A stretch of 64,000 nucleotides of DNA, taken from IMG/VR virus record IMGVR_UViG_3300045988_086138, one strand, 5' to 3'. A model generated the notes under the pieces. The model did not search any database. It was not told the origin of the DNA and was given only the letters and a program-made list of their open reading frames with translations. Positions 28,569 through 38,981 of the stretch are shown piece after piece. Made by a program: the position numbers and the translations under genes. Position 1 is the stretch's first letter. Every line of letters starts with the position of its first letter. This stretch comes from a virus.

Positions 28569-28737
28569 ATGCCCTTACTGTGATTGTGAATTTGAATATG
28601 ATTATTCAGAAGTGGATTCACATACTTTTGCTGATTGTAAATTGGTTAAATGCCCAGGTTGCAATAGATATCTTCATCATAAAGACAATGCTAAATCTAC
28701 TACAGAAGCGAAAAGAGAGGATACTATGTCTACATAA
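28528..28737 (+). CDS. small zinc-ribbon protein
   Basis: CPYCDC ... CPGCNRY, two CxxC pairs. Overlaps the polymerase 3' end by 41 nt. Confidence 0.45.
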   Translation: MKKILNGPTVWRAKCPYCDCEFEYDYSEVDSHTFADCKLVKCPGCNRYLHHKDNAKSTTEAKREDTMST

Positions 28738-28758
28738 ATAAAATAAATTTATGAAACA

Positions 28759-29280
28759 ATGGCAACACAGAAAGAGATTGATAATGCAAGTAAATTAACC
28801 GCCCTCACTTATATGGTTGCAGGATGTTTAGGTTATTCTATCGAAAACCTATTTGCATATTTAGATGCTGCTAACTTAAAGTTGAGTGGACAAGAGAAAA
28901 TGTTATTCAACCGATTAAAGACCCAGTTATCTCAAGTACAAACTAACTTAAGTACTTTAGAGGGGTTGGCTTTTAAGGTAATGGCTACTGATGACGATGG
29001 TAAGCTTGCCTATGAAGATGCTACTCATATTTATTGGGCTGCATTTTTGGCATTACTAGATAGAGGAGGAACCGATAACCTATGCGACTTAAGGTTGATG
29101 GCTTTAGTAGATAAGTTAAGTGTGTATAAATCTCTTCTTAATTTGCCTGGTATGAAATTAGCTTATCAAATGGCTTTTGCTCAAGTGAGTAAAGCTATAG
29201 GTAATGGTGAATTTAATAAAGAAGACTTTAAAAACCTATTAGAAGTTTATGAAGACAGAACTGAAAAAACTAAAGGTTAA
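28759..29280 (+). CDS. hypothetical protein
   Basis: 173-aa ORF, co-directional. No motif recognised. Confidence 0.5.
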   Translation: MATQKEIDNASKLTALTYMVAGCLGYSIENLFAYLDAANLKLSGQEKMLFNRLKTQLSQVQTNLSTLEGLAFKVMATDDDGKLAYEDATHIYWAAFLALLDRGGTDNLCDLRLMALVDKLSVYKSLLNLPGMKLAYQMAFAQVSKAIGNGEFNKEDFKNLLEVYEDRTEKTKG

Positions 29281-29665
29281 GTTTGAAGGTAAGGTTCTCG
29301 AAATAGATATTCAAAAAGAATTATCTATTAATGAAAATATTATTAATTCTCAGCTACGAGAATCTCCTTCTAGTTATTATGTACTTTGTTCTTTAAGAGA
29401 TAAGTATATAAAAGAAAGAGATTTACTAGCAAGGGAAAAGGATGAAGCTTATTCTAATGCTTGGGTATATTATAAGGATGCTAATGAAAGATGGAATAAT
29501 GAGTACGTATCTCATAAGGCAAACCTTAACAAGAAATACTCTTCTATCAATGAAAGGTATTTAAAAGCAGTAGAAAAAGCAAATAAGTTCATAACAATTT
29601 GTAGATGTTATGAGTCTAGAGAAAACATCCTAAGAACTATTAATGCAAACCTAAGAAAAGGTTAA
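29249..29665 (+). CDS. hypothetical protein
   Basis: 138-aa ORF that overlaps the upstream gene by 32 nt. Confidence 0.45.
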   Translation: MKTELKKLKVKFEGKVLEIDIQKELSINENIINSQLRESPSSYYVLCSLRDKYIKERDLLAREKDEAYSNAWVYYKDANERWNNEYVSHKANLNKKYSSINERYLKAVEKANKFITICRCYESRENILRTINANLRKG

Positions 29666-29713
29666 CATATTGAACTATAATAGATTACTAACTTTTAAAA
29701 ACAGTATTAGAAT

Positions 29714-30106
29714 ATGAATTATTCAATGTCATTTATCTCACCTCTTGTAGCTGAGAAATTTAATCAAGAATTACCCGGATGTCCAACAGAAAACCGAGTA
29801 CTTATTTTATCCCCAAAGGAAGTAAATGCAACTATGTCTGGTATTATTATTCCAAGCCAAGTAAAAGAGGGTATACCCCGTAAAGGAGTAGTAGTAAAGA
29901 GTGGTATAATCACTGAAGATTACAAAACTTATAGAGAGTTGGTTGAAATAGGTAGAGTAGTTACCTATGGATTGTATGCAGGCAAGGAATTGGAATTTGA
30001 AACAGACAAATTATCACCTGCTCTTCAACAATTGCTTGAGAAAAACGTTCTTACTGTACTTAGTATGAACGAGATAGTTTATTCAGAGCCGAATAATCAA
30101 AATTAA
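29714..30106 (+). CDS. GroES-like co-chaperonin
   Basis: NRVLILSPKEVNATMSGIIIPSQVKEGIPRKGVVVKSG ... VGRVVTYGLYAGKELEFE follows the Cpn10 pattern. Confidence 0.55.
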   Translation: MNYSMSFISPLVAEKFNQELPGCPTENRVLILSPKEVNATMSGIIIPSQVKEGIPRKGVVVKSGIITEDYKTYRELVEIGRVVTYGLYAGKELEFETDKLSPALQQLLEKNVLTVLSMNEIVYSEPNNQN

Positions 30107-30112
30107 AACATT

Positions 30113-30910
30113 ATGATAAAAGACAAAAAGAAAAAGAAGGTTTCATCTGAGGGGCTTTCTACTAAAGAAAAGATGATGGCTAGGAAGAAACAGCTTGAAT
30201 CTAAGGGAAATGGGAGTGGGTTGGTATTCCCAAAAGAAGGTACACTTCGAATGAGAATCAAATCTCCAGGTGATGACCAAGAATTGGGTATAGAGATTAT
30301 TCAATTCTATTTGGGAGGTAATTTAGGTGGAGTAATATCTCCTGCTACTTTCGATGAACCTTGCCCATTTATGGAAAAGTATCAAGAACTGAAAAATTCC
30401 AAAGATGAGGATGACAAGGAGCTTGCAAAAAACCTGGTACCAAGGAGAAGATATGTTATTGGTGGACCGGTATATGCCGATGAGAAAGGTACTAAGTTTG
30501 ATTATGATGGTAAGGATAAGGGAGTTTTGGTACCTCGTTCTGTATACCAAGATATTATCGACTTATATCTTGATGAGGATGAAGCTGGTGATATGACAGA
30601 CCCAAGAACAGGATACGATATCAAAATTATTCGTTCTGGTTCTGGTAAGCTTGATACAACCTATTCTGCTCGTGCTTGTAAGCCAACTAAGTTGGACAAG
30701 AAATATCAAGGTAATGTAGACCTTGAAGGTATAGTTCGTTCTCAAATCAAATCCTATGATGAGTTGGAAGAGTTACTTGCTAAGTATTTGAATGAAGACC
30801 ATGGAGATGATGAGGATGAAAAACCCAAGAAGAAAAAGAAAAAAGGTATTCACAAGGACCATTACATGGTTGAAAAACCCAAGAAGAAAAAATATAAGTC
30901 GGACATTTAA
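30113..30910 (+). CDS. putative single-stranded DNA-binding protein (gp32-like)
   Basis: Position beside the recombinase, an acidic C-terminal tail (EDHGDDEDE) and a GYDIKIIRSGSGKLDTTYS segment. Tentative. Confidence 0.4.
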   Translation: MIKDKKKKKVSSEGLSTKEKMMARKKQLESKGNGSGLVFPKEGTLRMRIKSPGDDQELGIEIIQFYLGGNLGGVISPATFDEPCPFMEKYQELKNSKDEDDKELAKNLVPRRRYVIGGPVYADEKGTKFDYDGKDKGVLVPRSVYQDIIDLYLDEDEAGDMTDPRTGYDIKIIRSGSGKLDTTYSARACKPTKLDKKYQGNVDLEGIVRSQIKSYDELEELLAKYLNEDHGDDEDEKPKKKKKKGIHKDHYMVEKPKKKKYKSDI

Positions 30911-30933
30911 GGGTTAGTAAATATGGTTTCATT

Positions 30934-30978
30934 AGAAGGTGGTAATTAGATTCGTTCTGTTATCACCTTCTTTAGTTT
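30934..30978 (+). terminator. hairpin terminator
   Basis: Perfect 8-bp stem AGAAGGTG (30934-30941) / CACCTTCT (30964-30971), followed by a T-rich tail. Confidence 0.55.
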
Positions 30979-30992
30979 AAAGACATTACATT

Positions 30993-31403
30993 ATGGTATC
31001 AAAAGAATATTGGGCAAGCTTATCGGACGAAGATAAGTCAAAGATCATAAGGGAGTTTTGTAAAATTAATAATATTGGACCAGAATTTGATTATGCAAAG
31101 GTAAGAGCTTTTTCGGAAAGGATTAAGCAGATATATAAGGAAGCAGGTATAATCCAATTTAATAAGGTTTGTGAACACCCAGTTATAGTATTAAAATTGG
31201 TAGATCCTCTTATGGCAGAGATGATATTTTCATGGATGTATACTAGAGTAAAATTACCAAATGGTAACCAATCAGAAGTACCATTCATGGGATATCATCT
31301 AGTAGAATATGTGTTCGATAAGGGCAGTCTCATGGAGTTTACGGATGAAGAGAAAGATGTATTGAATCATGCAGTGAACATTTTAAAATCAAAAGGAGTT
31401 TAA
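30993..31403 (+). CDS. hypothetical protein
   Basis: 136-aa ORF. No motif recognised. Confidence 0.5.
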   Translation: MVSKEYWASLSDEDKSKIIREFCKINNIGPEFDYAKVRAFSERIKQIYKEAGIIQFNKVCEHPVIVLKLVDPLMAEMIFSWMYTRVKLPNGNQSEVPFMGYHLVEYVFDKGSLMEFTDEEKDVLNHAVNILKSKGV

Positions 31404-31404
31404 T

Positions 31405-32550
31405 ATGGCAAAGAAATCTAAGGTTGGTTTAAAAGTACCAACAGCAAATGAGATGGCAAAGAAATATGGGAGTATGATAAAATTAGCTTCAGAAGTTACT
31501 GATACTGATTTATATATACCATCAACCTTCTTTGCTTTGAATTACCTATTCGGTAAAGGAATCCCCTATGGTAAGTCAGTAGAAATTGCAGGAGAAGAAT
31601 CTTCGGGTAAATCCCTGGTAGCTTATAATTTTGCTTATGCTACTCAACAATTGGGAGGTCATGTAATATGGGTAGATGCAGAACAATCATGGATGAACTC
31701 ATGGGCAGAGATTAATGGGGTAGACCCAGCAAAGGTAACTATTGTTAATGATACTCGTATCGAGTATATTGCAGATGTAGTAGCAGACTTAGCAATATAT
31801 TTACGTTCTCAATTAACTCATAATGAACCGATACTCTTAGTAATCGACTCTATTGCAGCTACAGATTGTACAGACAATATTGATGCTAAGATGGTTGATG
31901 GTAAGGCAGAGATGGGAGGTAGAGCAAAGGCTCTCTATAAGTATTTCCGTATCAGAAGTGAACTATTCTACAAGCTGGGAGTATCTCAGATTTATATTAA
32001 CCAATTAAGAACTGCTCTAAATGTTGGATTTGGAAAAGATAATACAACTACAACGGGAGGCGCTGCACTTAAGTTCTACGCTTCAATCCGAGCTGCTTTC
32101 TATTCAGGAAGGTCTGTTACAATCAAACAAAATGGAAAAGAAAGGAAAGCTGGTAAGCTTGTCACAATCAGACTTATTAAAAATAAGGTTGCCCCTCCTC
32201 GACCTACCATCAGTAAATGCCCAGTATATTTTAACCCTAAATTCCATGAAGTTGGGTTTGATAGATGCTATGGTTTAGAGGATGTATTAGTAGATACAGA
32301 CGTAATAGAGAAAACTTCTGGTGGGTATAAACTAAAGGGTAAAACACTTGCAAGAGGGGAAGAGAAATTCCAAAAGCTTTTGGAAGAAGATGATGAACTT
32401 CGTAGAAAACTTTTACGAAAAGCCGGAGTAAATACCATAGGTACTACTAAAAAACAACTGGGGAAGATAGAAACTAATCTCTTCCCGGTTGATGGTGTAG
32501 AATACGAAAATTATGCAGACTCAGATGAAGAGGAGGAAGAAGATGAGTAA
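31405..32550 (+). CDS. RecA/UvsX-like recombinase
   Basis: Walker A AGEESSGKSLVA, Walker B LLVIDSIAA and an acidic C-terminal tail. Confidence 0.8.
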   Translation: MAKKSKVGLKVPTANEMAKKYGSMIKLASEVTDTDLYIPSTFFALNYLFGKGIPYGKSVEIAGEESSGKSLVAYNFAYATQQLGGHVIWVDAEQSWMNSWAEINGVDPAKVTIVNDTRIEYIADVVADLAIYLRSQLTHNEPILLVIDSIAATDCTDNIDAKMVDGKAEMGGRAKALYKYFRIRSELFYKLGVSQIYINQLRTALNVGFGKDNTTTTGGAALKFYASIRAAFYSGRSVTIKQNGKERKAGKLVTIRLIKNKVAPPRPTISKCPVYFNPKFHEVGFDRCYGLEDVLVDTDVIEKTSGGYKLKGKTLARGEEKFQKLLEEDDELRRKLLRKAGVNTIGTTKKQLGKIETNLFPVDGVEYENYADSDEEEEEDE

Positions 32551-33415
32551 GAAAACAATATTATTGATTGATGGGGAGAATATTCTCCATCAGTCTTTTC
32601 ATAAGTTCGAAAAACTTAAATCTACGGATGGCAAACCAAGTGGAGCAATATTCGGATTTTTTAAATCACTACACATGTACCTTACAAGGTTTGAACCAGA
32701 TGAGGTTTATATCTCATTTGATAATGGGCATTCTCCGGTAAGGATGAAGTTATTGCCTAACTATAAGGGGCATAGAAAAAATATCTCAGTAGATTATGAA
32801 TCATTGCAAAAACAAAAGGCAGTGATAATGAAAATACTGGGTATGCTAAGAATTAATTATATATTCGATAAAAAGAAATCCACAGTATATGAGGGTGATG
32901 ATTTCTTAGCATACCTTGCAATTAAAAAATTCCAATCTGAAAAAATGATATTAATATCTTCAGACAAGGACTTTAATCAATTGTTATCAAACAATCTAAG
33001 GATATATAATCCGAGAAAGGATGAGATGATAAGGATGGATAACTGTAAAGAGTTATTCGGATATCATTCTCATGAGACGGTAGAATATCTTGCAATGGTT
33101 GGGGATACTTCCGATGATATCCCAGGGTTCCCAGGAATAGGTCCAGTAAAAGCAAGGAAAATTCTTGATGAGGGTAGGATTGAAAAATTCATTGCTCACA
33201 GTAAGAACAAAGAATATCTTCAGATTTGGAAAAGGAATGAGCAATTGATTGACCTTTTCTGGTTTGTAAGACATAACCCTTTGAAGGAATTGCCCTTAAA
33301 AACAAAAAGGGAGTTTAAATATGAGAAATTCAAGAAAGTATGTATCGAATACTCTTTAGCATCTTTCTTGACAAATGAATTTATAAAACCATTTAAAGCA
33401 TTACACCATGACTAA
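32543..33415 (+). CDS. 5'-3' exonuclease / flap endonuclease (RNase H-like)
   Basis: LLIDGENILHQSFH, ISFDNGHS, YKGHRK, ISSDKDFNQLL, MVGDTSDDIPGFPGIGPVKA. ATG 32543 overlaps the upstream stop. Confidence 0.85.
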   Translation: MSKKTILLIDGENILHQSFHKFEKLKSTDGKPSGAIFGFFKSLHMYLTRFEPDEVYISFDNGHSPVRMKLLPNYKGHRKNISVDYESLQKQKAVIMKILGMLRINYIFDKKKSTVYEGDDFLAYLAIKKFQSEKMILISSDKDFNQLLSNNLRIYNPRKDEMIRMDNCKELFGYHSHETVEYLAMVGDTSDDIPGFPGIGPVKARKILDEGRIEKFIAHSKNKEYLQIWKRNEQLIDLFWFVRHNPLKELPLKTKREFKYEKFKKVCIEYSLASFLTNEFIKPFKALHHD

Positions 33416-33995
33416 AAGAATAATGTTTGTAGGTCCCTCTGGGATAGGTAAAACCACTTTAGCACAATACGTGGCTAAATCACAAAACATACCTTTTGTA
33501 TCAGGTAGTATGTCGGATTTATTACCGGCTATGAAAGATTTATCTCATAATGAGGTATTATCACTCGGTTCTCAGGCAATGCAAACGGCAGATTATCAAC
33601 TCCTTAGTTTAAGAAACAGACTCTTTAGAGGTAAAGAGGAATTTGTTACAGATAGGAGTTATGCTGACCTGGCTGCATATTTTTGGTATAAACAATCTAG
33701 AACTATTCCGGAATGCGAATTAGAACACTTTATAGGTTGTTGTAAAGCATCAATGGAAGACCAATGTGATTTAGCAATCTTCCTTCCTCTAAACCTTTGT
33801 AATTATTCTGATTGGGCAATGGAAGATAATAAGAAGAGAATTACGAATAGATTCTTTCAGATTCAGATATCATCGTTGATGGGAGAACTTCTTGCAGATT
33901 GGGAAATATCCACATTATGTTTATCAAGTCTGGATTTGGAAGAAAGAAAAGAACAAATAGACTATCATATAAACCGGATATGGGGAAAGAAGTAG
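33408..33995 (+). CDS. P-loop nucleoside/nucleotide kinase-like protein
   Basis: FVGPSGIGKTTLAQY Walker A, and VTDRSYADLAAYF resembling the dNK-family ERS motif. Confidence 0.45.
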   Translation: MTKRIMFVGPSGIGKTTLAQYVAKSQNIPFVSGSMSDLLPAMKDLSHNEVLSLGSQAMQTADYQLLSLRNRLFRGKEEFVTDRSYADLAAYFWYKQSRTIPECELEHFIGCCKASMEDQCDLAIFLPLNLCNYSDWAMEDNKKRITNRFFQIQISSLMGELLADWEISTLCLSSLDLEERKEQIDYHINRIWGKK

Positions 33996-34948
33996 TATTT
34001 ATAGCATTCTCGGATTTGCACATAAACTTATGGGCAAAGTTTAATGAGAACAATAGTAGGACCTTGAACTCTTTCAAGGTCCTGTCTATTATTGCCTCTA
34101 AATGTGAAAAGTATAAATGTCCTGCTTTATTTTGTGGTGATCTGTTTCATAAACCCGAGTCAATAGATCAGGATTTGGCCTTAATCGTAGAAGAAGAGTT
34201 TGAAAAGCTTACTAAATATAAATGGAATCTGATATACATAAATGGCAATCATGATTTGAAAGGTATTAATCGAATTGATAATATACGAAAAGGATGGCCA
34301 TATATATTTTGGAAACCCTTTATGATATGCGTTGATGGTAATAGGTATAAACATGCTTCTTATGGGGATTACCATATATATGGTGTACCGTACATTGATA
34401 ATAATGTGGGTCTAAGTGAATATCTTAAGAAACTCAAATTAGATAAGAATGTAAAGAACATTTTACTTCTTCATACTGATTACCCGGGAGCAAGAGATAC
34501 TGATGGCAGGGAGGTTGATTCTGTAGAAAATCTGAATGTGAATACTCTAAACAAATTTGACTTGGTATTATGTGGACATATACATAAACCCCAAAGACTG
34601 TCAAAGAAGGTTTATATGATAGGTGCACCTAATCACCAAAGAAGAACTGATAGAGGTTGTAAATTAGGGTATTGGGAGATATATTCAGATTTATCCATGA
34701 AGTTCATCCCTTTAAAAGAGTTTCCGAAATTTATTGATGTAGAAAAGGAGGATGATATTAAAGATGATGGCAATTATTATACTGTAATTCCCCCAAAAGC
34801 TAGTAATCCAGTTAATAATAAACATAAGATTACTAAGCAACTTTCTAAGAAAACTCTAGCAAAGAGATACTTAAAAGAGAAAGGTATAAAAGATGAGGTT
34901 AAAACCAATCTTTTAATTGAAACACTTAAAAAAGCTGAATCATGTTAA
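33980..34948 (+). CDS. SbcD/Mre11-like nuclease
   Basis: Metallophosphoesterase motifs FSDLHIN, CGDLFH, INGNHD, LLLHTD, CGHIHKPQ. ATG 33980 is preferred to 33899. Confidence 0.85.
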   Translation: MGKEVVFIAFSDLHINLWAKFNENNSRTLNSFKVLSIIASKCEKYKCPALFCGDLFHKPESIDQDLALIVEEEFEKLTKYKWNLIYINGNHDLKGINRIDNIRKGWPYIFWKPFMICVDGNRYKHASYGDYHIYGVPYIDNNVGLSEYLKKLKLDKNVKNILLLHTDYPGARDTDGREVDSVENLNVNTLNKFDLVLCGHIHKPQRLSKKVYMIGAPNHQRRTDRGCKLGYWEIYSDLSMKFIPLKEFPKFIDVEKEDDIKDDGNYYTVIPPKASNPVNNKHKITKQLSKKTLAKRYLKEKGIKDEVKTNLLIETLKKAESC

Positions 34949-36654
34949 CATTTCTAAGTATGGATGCAGAGGGATTCTGTTCAATAGAATCCCTACATTT
35001 GTTATTGAATACTCAATGTACCATACTAATCAAAGCTCCGAATGGCAAAGGGAAATCCACTATCCTTTCAGCTTTGGTATGGGCAATATATGGGAAGAAT
35101 CTAAAGGGAGTTTCTGAGGTAAATACCTGGAAACAAGTAAGACCTAAAGATTATAAAGGTACAAAGGTACAAGTATACTTCCAAAAAGACTCACATACTT
35201 ATAAGATACTAAGGTGTCAAAAATATGAAGGAGTAATCGATGATGGGGCTAAAGGTAAAGACAGACTTATATTTATCAAGGATGGAGATGTAATTGATAT
35301 AAAAGGGAAAGGTAAGATACAGGATGCCATAAACAGAGAAATAGGTTTGTCATATACTTTGTTTATGAATTCAATTATGTTTGGCCAGGGTATAAGGAGG
35401 CTTATACAAGAGTCTAATTCAGACAAGAAAAAGATATTTGAAGAAGTATTTGATTTAGAGTTCTTAAACCTTGCTAAGGGCATTGCATTGCAGGATAAGA
35501 ATAACCTTATATCTCAGATAAATGAAGTAGAGCATGAGTCTCAAATGCTGAAGAAAGAATTAGAGGCTAATAAAGAGGCTTACTTTGATATGAGAGATAG
35601 GGAAAAATCTTTCAAACAAAAGATTAGGGAAGAAAGGAAAGAACTAAAACAAGATAGGGAGAAGCTAACTAAGTTACTGATTGAAAAACAAAAACAGATT
35701 AAAGATGAAGTAGATGCCTCACTTCAGATAAAGATTAAGAAACAAAACAAATTAATCCTTGATTTAAGGGGTAAGATAAAAGATGCTAAGAGTTTATCCA
35801 ATGTACCTCTCAAGACGGTAATTAAGGAATTAGTAATACAGTTAGAGGCAGGCCACTACAAACGTGCATTACGTGATGCTAAATCAATATATAAAGCGTT
35901 CTCTGACCTTGATAAATATGATAAAGAGTATCAAGAGGCTTTAGAAAGGTTAGAAGAACTTGGTAGTGTAAATGATAAGTATAGGAAATTAAAATCTGAT
36001 TGTGATGATATTGCTTCTGATATTGCTTCTGTTGATGAGGATTTGGCTAAGCTCAAACAGGAAAAACTTAAAGTCATGTCTCCCAAGTATAAACAGAAAC
36101 TTAAAGAGATTAGGAAAAAATTACGGAAGGTTGATGAGGATTTTCACAACAAAGAATTAGAGCTTGAGAATTACAATTGGTTAATCAATGACCCATTGGG
36201 AAATAATGGGATTAAAGCTTATTTATTCGATTCCTCTCTTGAGTTCTTGAACAAATGTTTAGAAAAATATTCAGAAGTATTAGGATTTAGGATTGAATTT
36301 AATATCGATTTGGGTACTGCTAGAAAAGAGTTTGTTACTCTTATAGAAAGAGATGGGCAAATAATTGATTATGATGAACTTAGTGGAGGAGAAAAACAAT
36401 TATGTAATGTTGCAATGGCATTTGCAATGAATGAAGCTCTTACTGCTTCTAAAGGTATCAATTTAGCATTCCTTGATGAGGTATTCGAATCTTTAAGTTC
36501 GGATAATGTTGAAATAGTTACATCACTAATACGACACATATTCAAAGAAAAAACCTTATTCTTAATAACCCATCTAGATTCACTTCCATTGGGTAATACT
36601 AAAATCCTGCAAGTGGAAAAGACCCAAGGCCTGAGTAGGTACCAATTACTATAA
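34942..36654 (+). CDS. SbcC/Rad50-like ATPase
   Basis: Walker A APNGKGKSTI, a long coiled-coil middle, signature LSGGEKQ and Walker B LAFLDEVF. Confidence 0.85.
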   Translation: MLTFLSMDAEGFCSIESLHLLLNTQCTILIKAPNGKGKSTILSALVWAIYGKNLKGVSEVNTWKQVRPKDYKGTKVQVYFQKDSHTYKILRCQKYEGVIDDGAKGKDRLIFIKDGDVIDIKGKGKIQDAINREIGLSYTLFMNSIMFGQGIRRLIQESNSDKKKIFEEVFDLEFLNLAKGIALQDKNNLISQINEVEHESQMLKKELEANKEAYFDMRDREKSFKQKIREERKELKQDREKLTKLLIEKQKQIKDEVDASLQIKIKKQNKLILDLRGKIKDAKSLSNVPLKTVIKELVIQLEAGHYKRALRDAKSIYKAFSDLDKYDKEYQEALERLEELGSVNDKYRKLKSDCDDIASDIASVDEDLAKLKQEKLKVMSPKYKQKLKEIRKKLRKVDEDFHNKELELENYNWLINDPLGNNGIKAYLFDSSLEFLNKCLEKYSEVLGFRIEFNIDLGTARKEFVTLIERDGQIIDYDELSGGEKQLCNVAMAFAMNEALTASKGINLAFLDEVFESLSSDNVEIVTSLIRHIFKEKTLFLITHLDSLPLGNTKILQVEKTQGLSRYQLL

Positions 36655-36685
36655 TGGTATATAAAATACAATACACCATTATATT

Positions 36686-37201
36686 ATGAACTCTAAGAAT
36701 AAGGGAAATAGATTTGAAAGAAAAATAGGGGCCTGGTTCACCAAGTGGACCGGGTTTAAGTTTGAAAGGAATCGAGCAGGCTCAGGAGCTTGGCATACGA
36801 ATAAAGATTCCACTTCAGATTTAACGTGTACAGATGAAAAACATGCTCATAGGTGTAAGATATCTATTGAGTGTAAAAATTACAAAGACATCAAGTTTGA
36901 ACATATACTACTTGGCAATAAAAACTGTGATATCCTAAGATTTTGGGAACAAGCAAGCAAGGATGCTAAAAGGGCAAATAAAGTACCTATTCTATGTATG
37001 AGGTATAATTCTATGCCTGCAAATGAATTTTTCTTCGTAGTTGGAGTAAAACTGGGAGATATTATTGCAGAATATGTTACTAAAGTAATGTATATTCAAG
37101 TACCCGGGAATACTCTTATGGTATTTATGGCTAGTGAGGTTTTAAATGTACCTTATAAGTTAATTCATAAGCAAGCTAAGTTAATTCTTAAAAACTCCTA
37201 A
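36686..37201 (+). CDS. PD-(D/E)xK nuclease-like protein (possible junction resolvase)
   Basis: NKGNRFERKIGAWF ... DLTCTD ... ISIECKNYK fits a D...ExK arrangement. Tentative. Confidence 0.4.
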   Translation: MNSKNKGNRFERKIGAWFTKWTGFKFERNRAGSGAWHTNKDSTSDLTCTDEKHAHRCKISIECKNYKDIKFEHILLGNKNCDILRFWEQASKDAKRANKVPILCMRYNSMPANEFFFVVGVKLGDIIAEYVTKVMYIQVPGNTLMVFMASEVLNVPYKLIHKQAKLILKNS

Positions 37202-37205
37202 ACTC

Positions 37206-37922
37206 ATGAAAAAGCATACCCCATATTCATATTGCATATTCTATATTGAAAGAAAGTACTGTGACAGAATTAATAAAGAACTGAAAGAGAAGGGGTATAA
37301 CCAAGTAAAAGCAATTATACCTACAGTAAACGTATTAAGGAAAACCATAAAAGGTAAAATGGTATTTGAAGAAGTACCAGTACTGTTTAATTATGGCTTT
37401 ATGAGAATGCCCACTGAATTAGCTTTTTCTAGGCCTTTTTTGAATAAACTGAAGAGAAGTATATCCGGTATTAGAAGTTGGTTACGGAATACGGAAACCA
37501 TGCACCAGAGAAAGAAAAAGGCAAGAATAGATAATTCAGAGGATTTCGATGACTTTTCATTGGTAGCTACATGCAGTAGGAAAGAAGTAAGGAGATTTAA
37601 GAGACTTGCAAAAGAGAACAAGAGGTTTTCAGTTGAGGATTTGGTTAAAGTAAATCCTGGTGATTACTTAGTATTAAGAGGTTATCCTTATGAGGGGATA
37701 GATGCTACGGTATTAGAGGTTGACCATTTATGTAAAAGGGTAAAAGTACTAATATACCCAGAAATGGGTAAGATGGAAGTATGGTTACCCTTTGACAATG
37801 TTATATATAGCGTATATTTGAACCATGACCCAGATAGGCTTTATGCTAATCAGGGAGAATTCGACCCAAATCAGATTACCGGTGAAGCAATAGATACTAT
37901 TATGAATTTTAGAAGAAGTTAA
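37206..37922 (+). CDS. NusG/UpxY-like transcription antitermination factor
   Basis: NGN-like N-terminus (YCIFYIERKYCDRINKEL...VPVLFNYGFMRMP) and KOW-like C-terminus (VNPGDYLVLRGYPYEGIDATVLEVD...VKVLIYPEMGKMEVWLPFDNV). Confidence 0.55.
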   Translation: MKKHTPYSYCIFYIERKYCDRINKELKEKGYNQVKAIIPTVNVLRKTIKGKMVFEEVPVLFNYGFMRMPTELAFSRPFLNKLKRSISGIRSWLRNTETMHQRKKKARIDNSEDFDDFSLVATCSRKEVRRFKRLAKENKRFSVEDLVKVNPGDYLVLRGYPYEGIDATVLEVDHLCKRVKVLIYPEMGKMEVWLPFDNVIYSVYLNHDPDRLYANQGEFDPNQITGEAIDTIMNFRRS

Positions 37923-37923
37923 C

Positions 37924-38907
37924 ATGATGAACGAGGCTCAACAAAAAGCATGGAGTTGTTTAATTGACAAAGAACAACAATCATTATTCCTTCAACTATC
38001 AGAAAGTAAATCTTCATGGGAAGCTGGTGAAATTTTAAAGTTATCTCATTATAAATATCTTGAAATCCGAGAAAGGTCTGAGAAGTTTTTTAGGCTTTTC
38101 TCGGATTTTTTTGAGAAACACACTTCTATCTTTCGACCAGATTGCCCATGTGAGAGGAACTTCCAAGATTATATTGAAGGATGTTTAGAGAAACGTCTAA
38201 AGAGAAAGGAAGCCAGTTTATATACTGGAGATTCTGCTCAATTACTCCCAAAAGTAAACTCTAAGAACATAGAGAGGAACATGAAGAGGTTAAAAGACTC
38301 CGAAGATGAATGGGATTTAGATACTCTAAGATTAATTCTTGAGTTTGATAGGTGGAATAATTTTAGAATACTTCCAAGAATGCTACAACAGCCTTCTGCA
38401 TTTAAGAGAAGGTCTAATAAAAAAGATAAGATATACATAAAATATCTACTTAATAGAGTGCCAGATTGGATGCACACTAAACTCAGAGAAAGGTTTAGGT
38501 ATAAAGTAAAACCTGGTAAGAAGAAATATTGGGTAGCTTTAATATCAGAGGAATTATATACTGATGGTTACTTACTATTACCAATAAGACCATTGGAAGA
38601 GGTAGTTAGTGAATTTAGTAGATTTTATATGTATGTATTCGAAACTAAAGATGATGCCGATACTTTTGGTTTTATGGTATCTAAGTTTATGATTAAAACT
38701 GGTACGGTAAAGCTTGGGCAAAAATTCTGGCCAGAGTACAGATGCTGTGTGGAAAAAGCAGTAAACTATAATCAAGTGAATAACATAGAATTCAATATCA
38801 AGAAATTGGATATGGCCTATAACATTCATACACACCGAAAACCAAGGAAACCTAAATCTACTGCCGTAGAACGGGCAAAAACCTCGGCTTTTTATAAAAA
38901 TAAATAG
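37924..38907 (+). CDS. hypothetical protein with N-terminal sigma region-4-like helix-turn-helix
   Basis: LIDKEQQSLFLQLSESKSSWEAGEILKLSHYKYLEIRERSEKFF resembles an HTH. The rest is unrecognised. Confidence 0.35.
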   Translation: MMNEAQQKAWSCLIDKEQQSLFLQLSESKSSWEAGEILKLSHYKYLEIRERSEKFFRLFSDFFEKHTSIFRPDCPCERNFQDYIEGCLEKRLKRKEASLYTGDSAQLLPKVNSKNIERNMKRLKDSEDEWDLDTLRLILEFDRWNNFRILPRMLQQPSAFKRRSNKKDKIYIKYLLNRVPDWMHTKLRERFRYKVKPGKKKYWVALISEELYTDGYLLLPIRPLEEVVSEFSRFYMYVFETKDDADTFGFMVSKFMIKTGTVKLGQKFWPEYRCCVEKAVNYNQVNNIEFNIKKLDMAYNIHTHRKPRKPKSTAVERAKTSAFYKNK

Positions 38908-38936
38908 AAATAGATATTTAATTAAAATATTATTCT

Positions 38937-38948
38937 TATATTTGCATA
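38937..38948 (+). promoter_or_regulatory. TATATTTGCATA promoter
   Basis: AAAATATTATTCTTATATTTGCATACGAA, 34 nt upstream of ATG 38982. Confidence 0.6.
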
Positions 38949-38981
38949 CGAATTAATGAATACTTAAATAATATAATAGAT

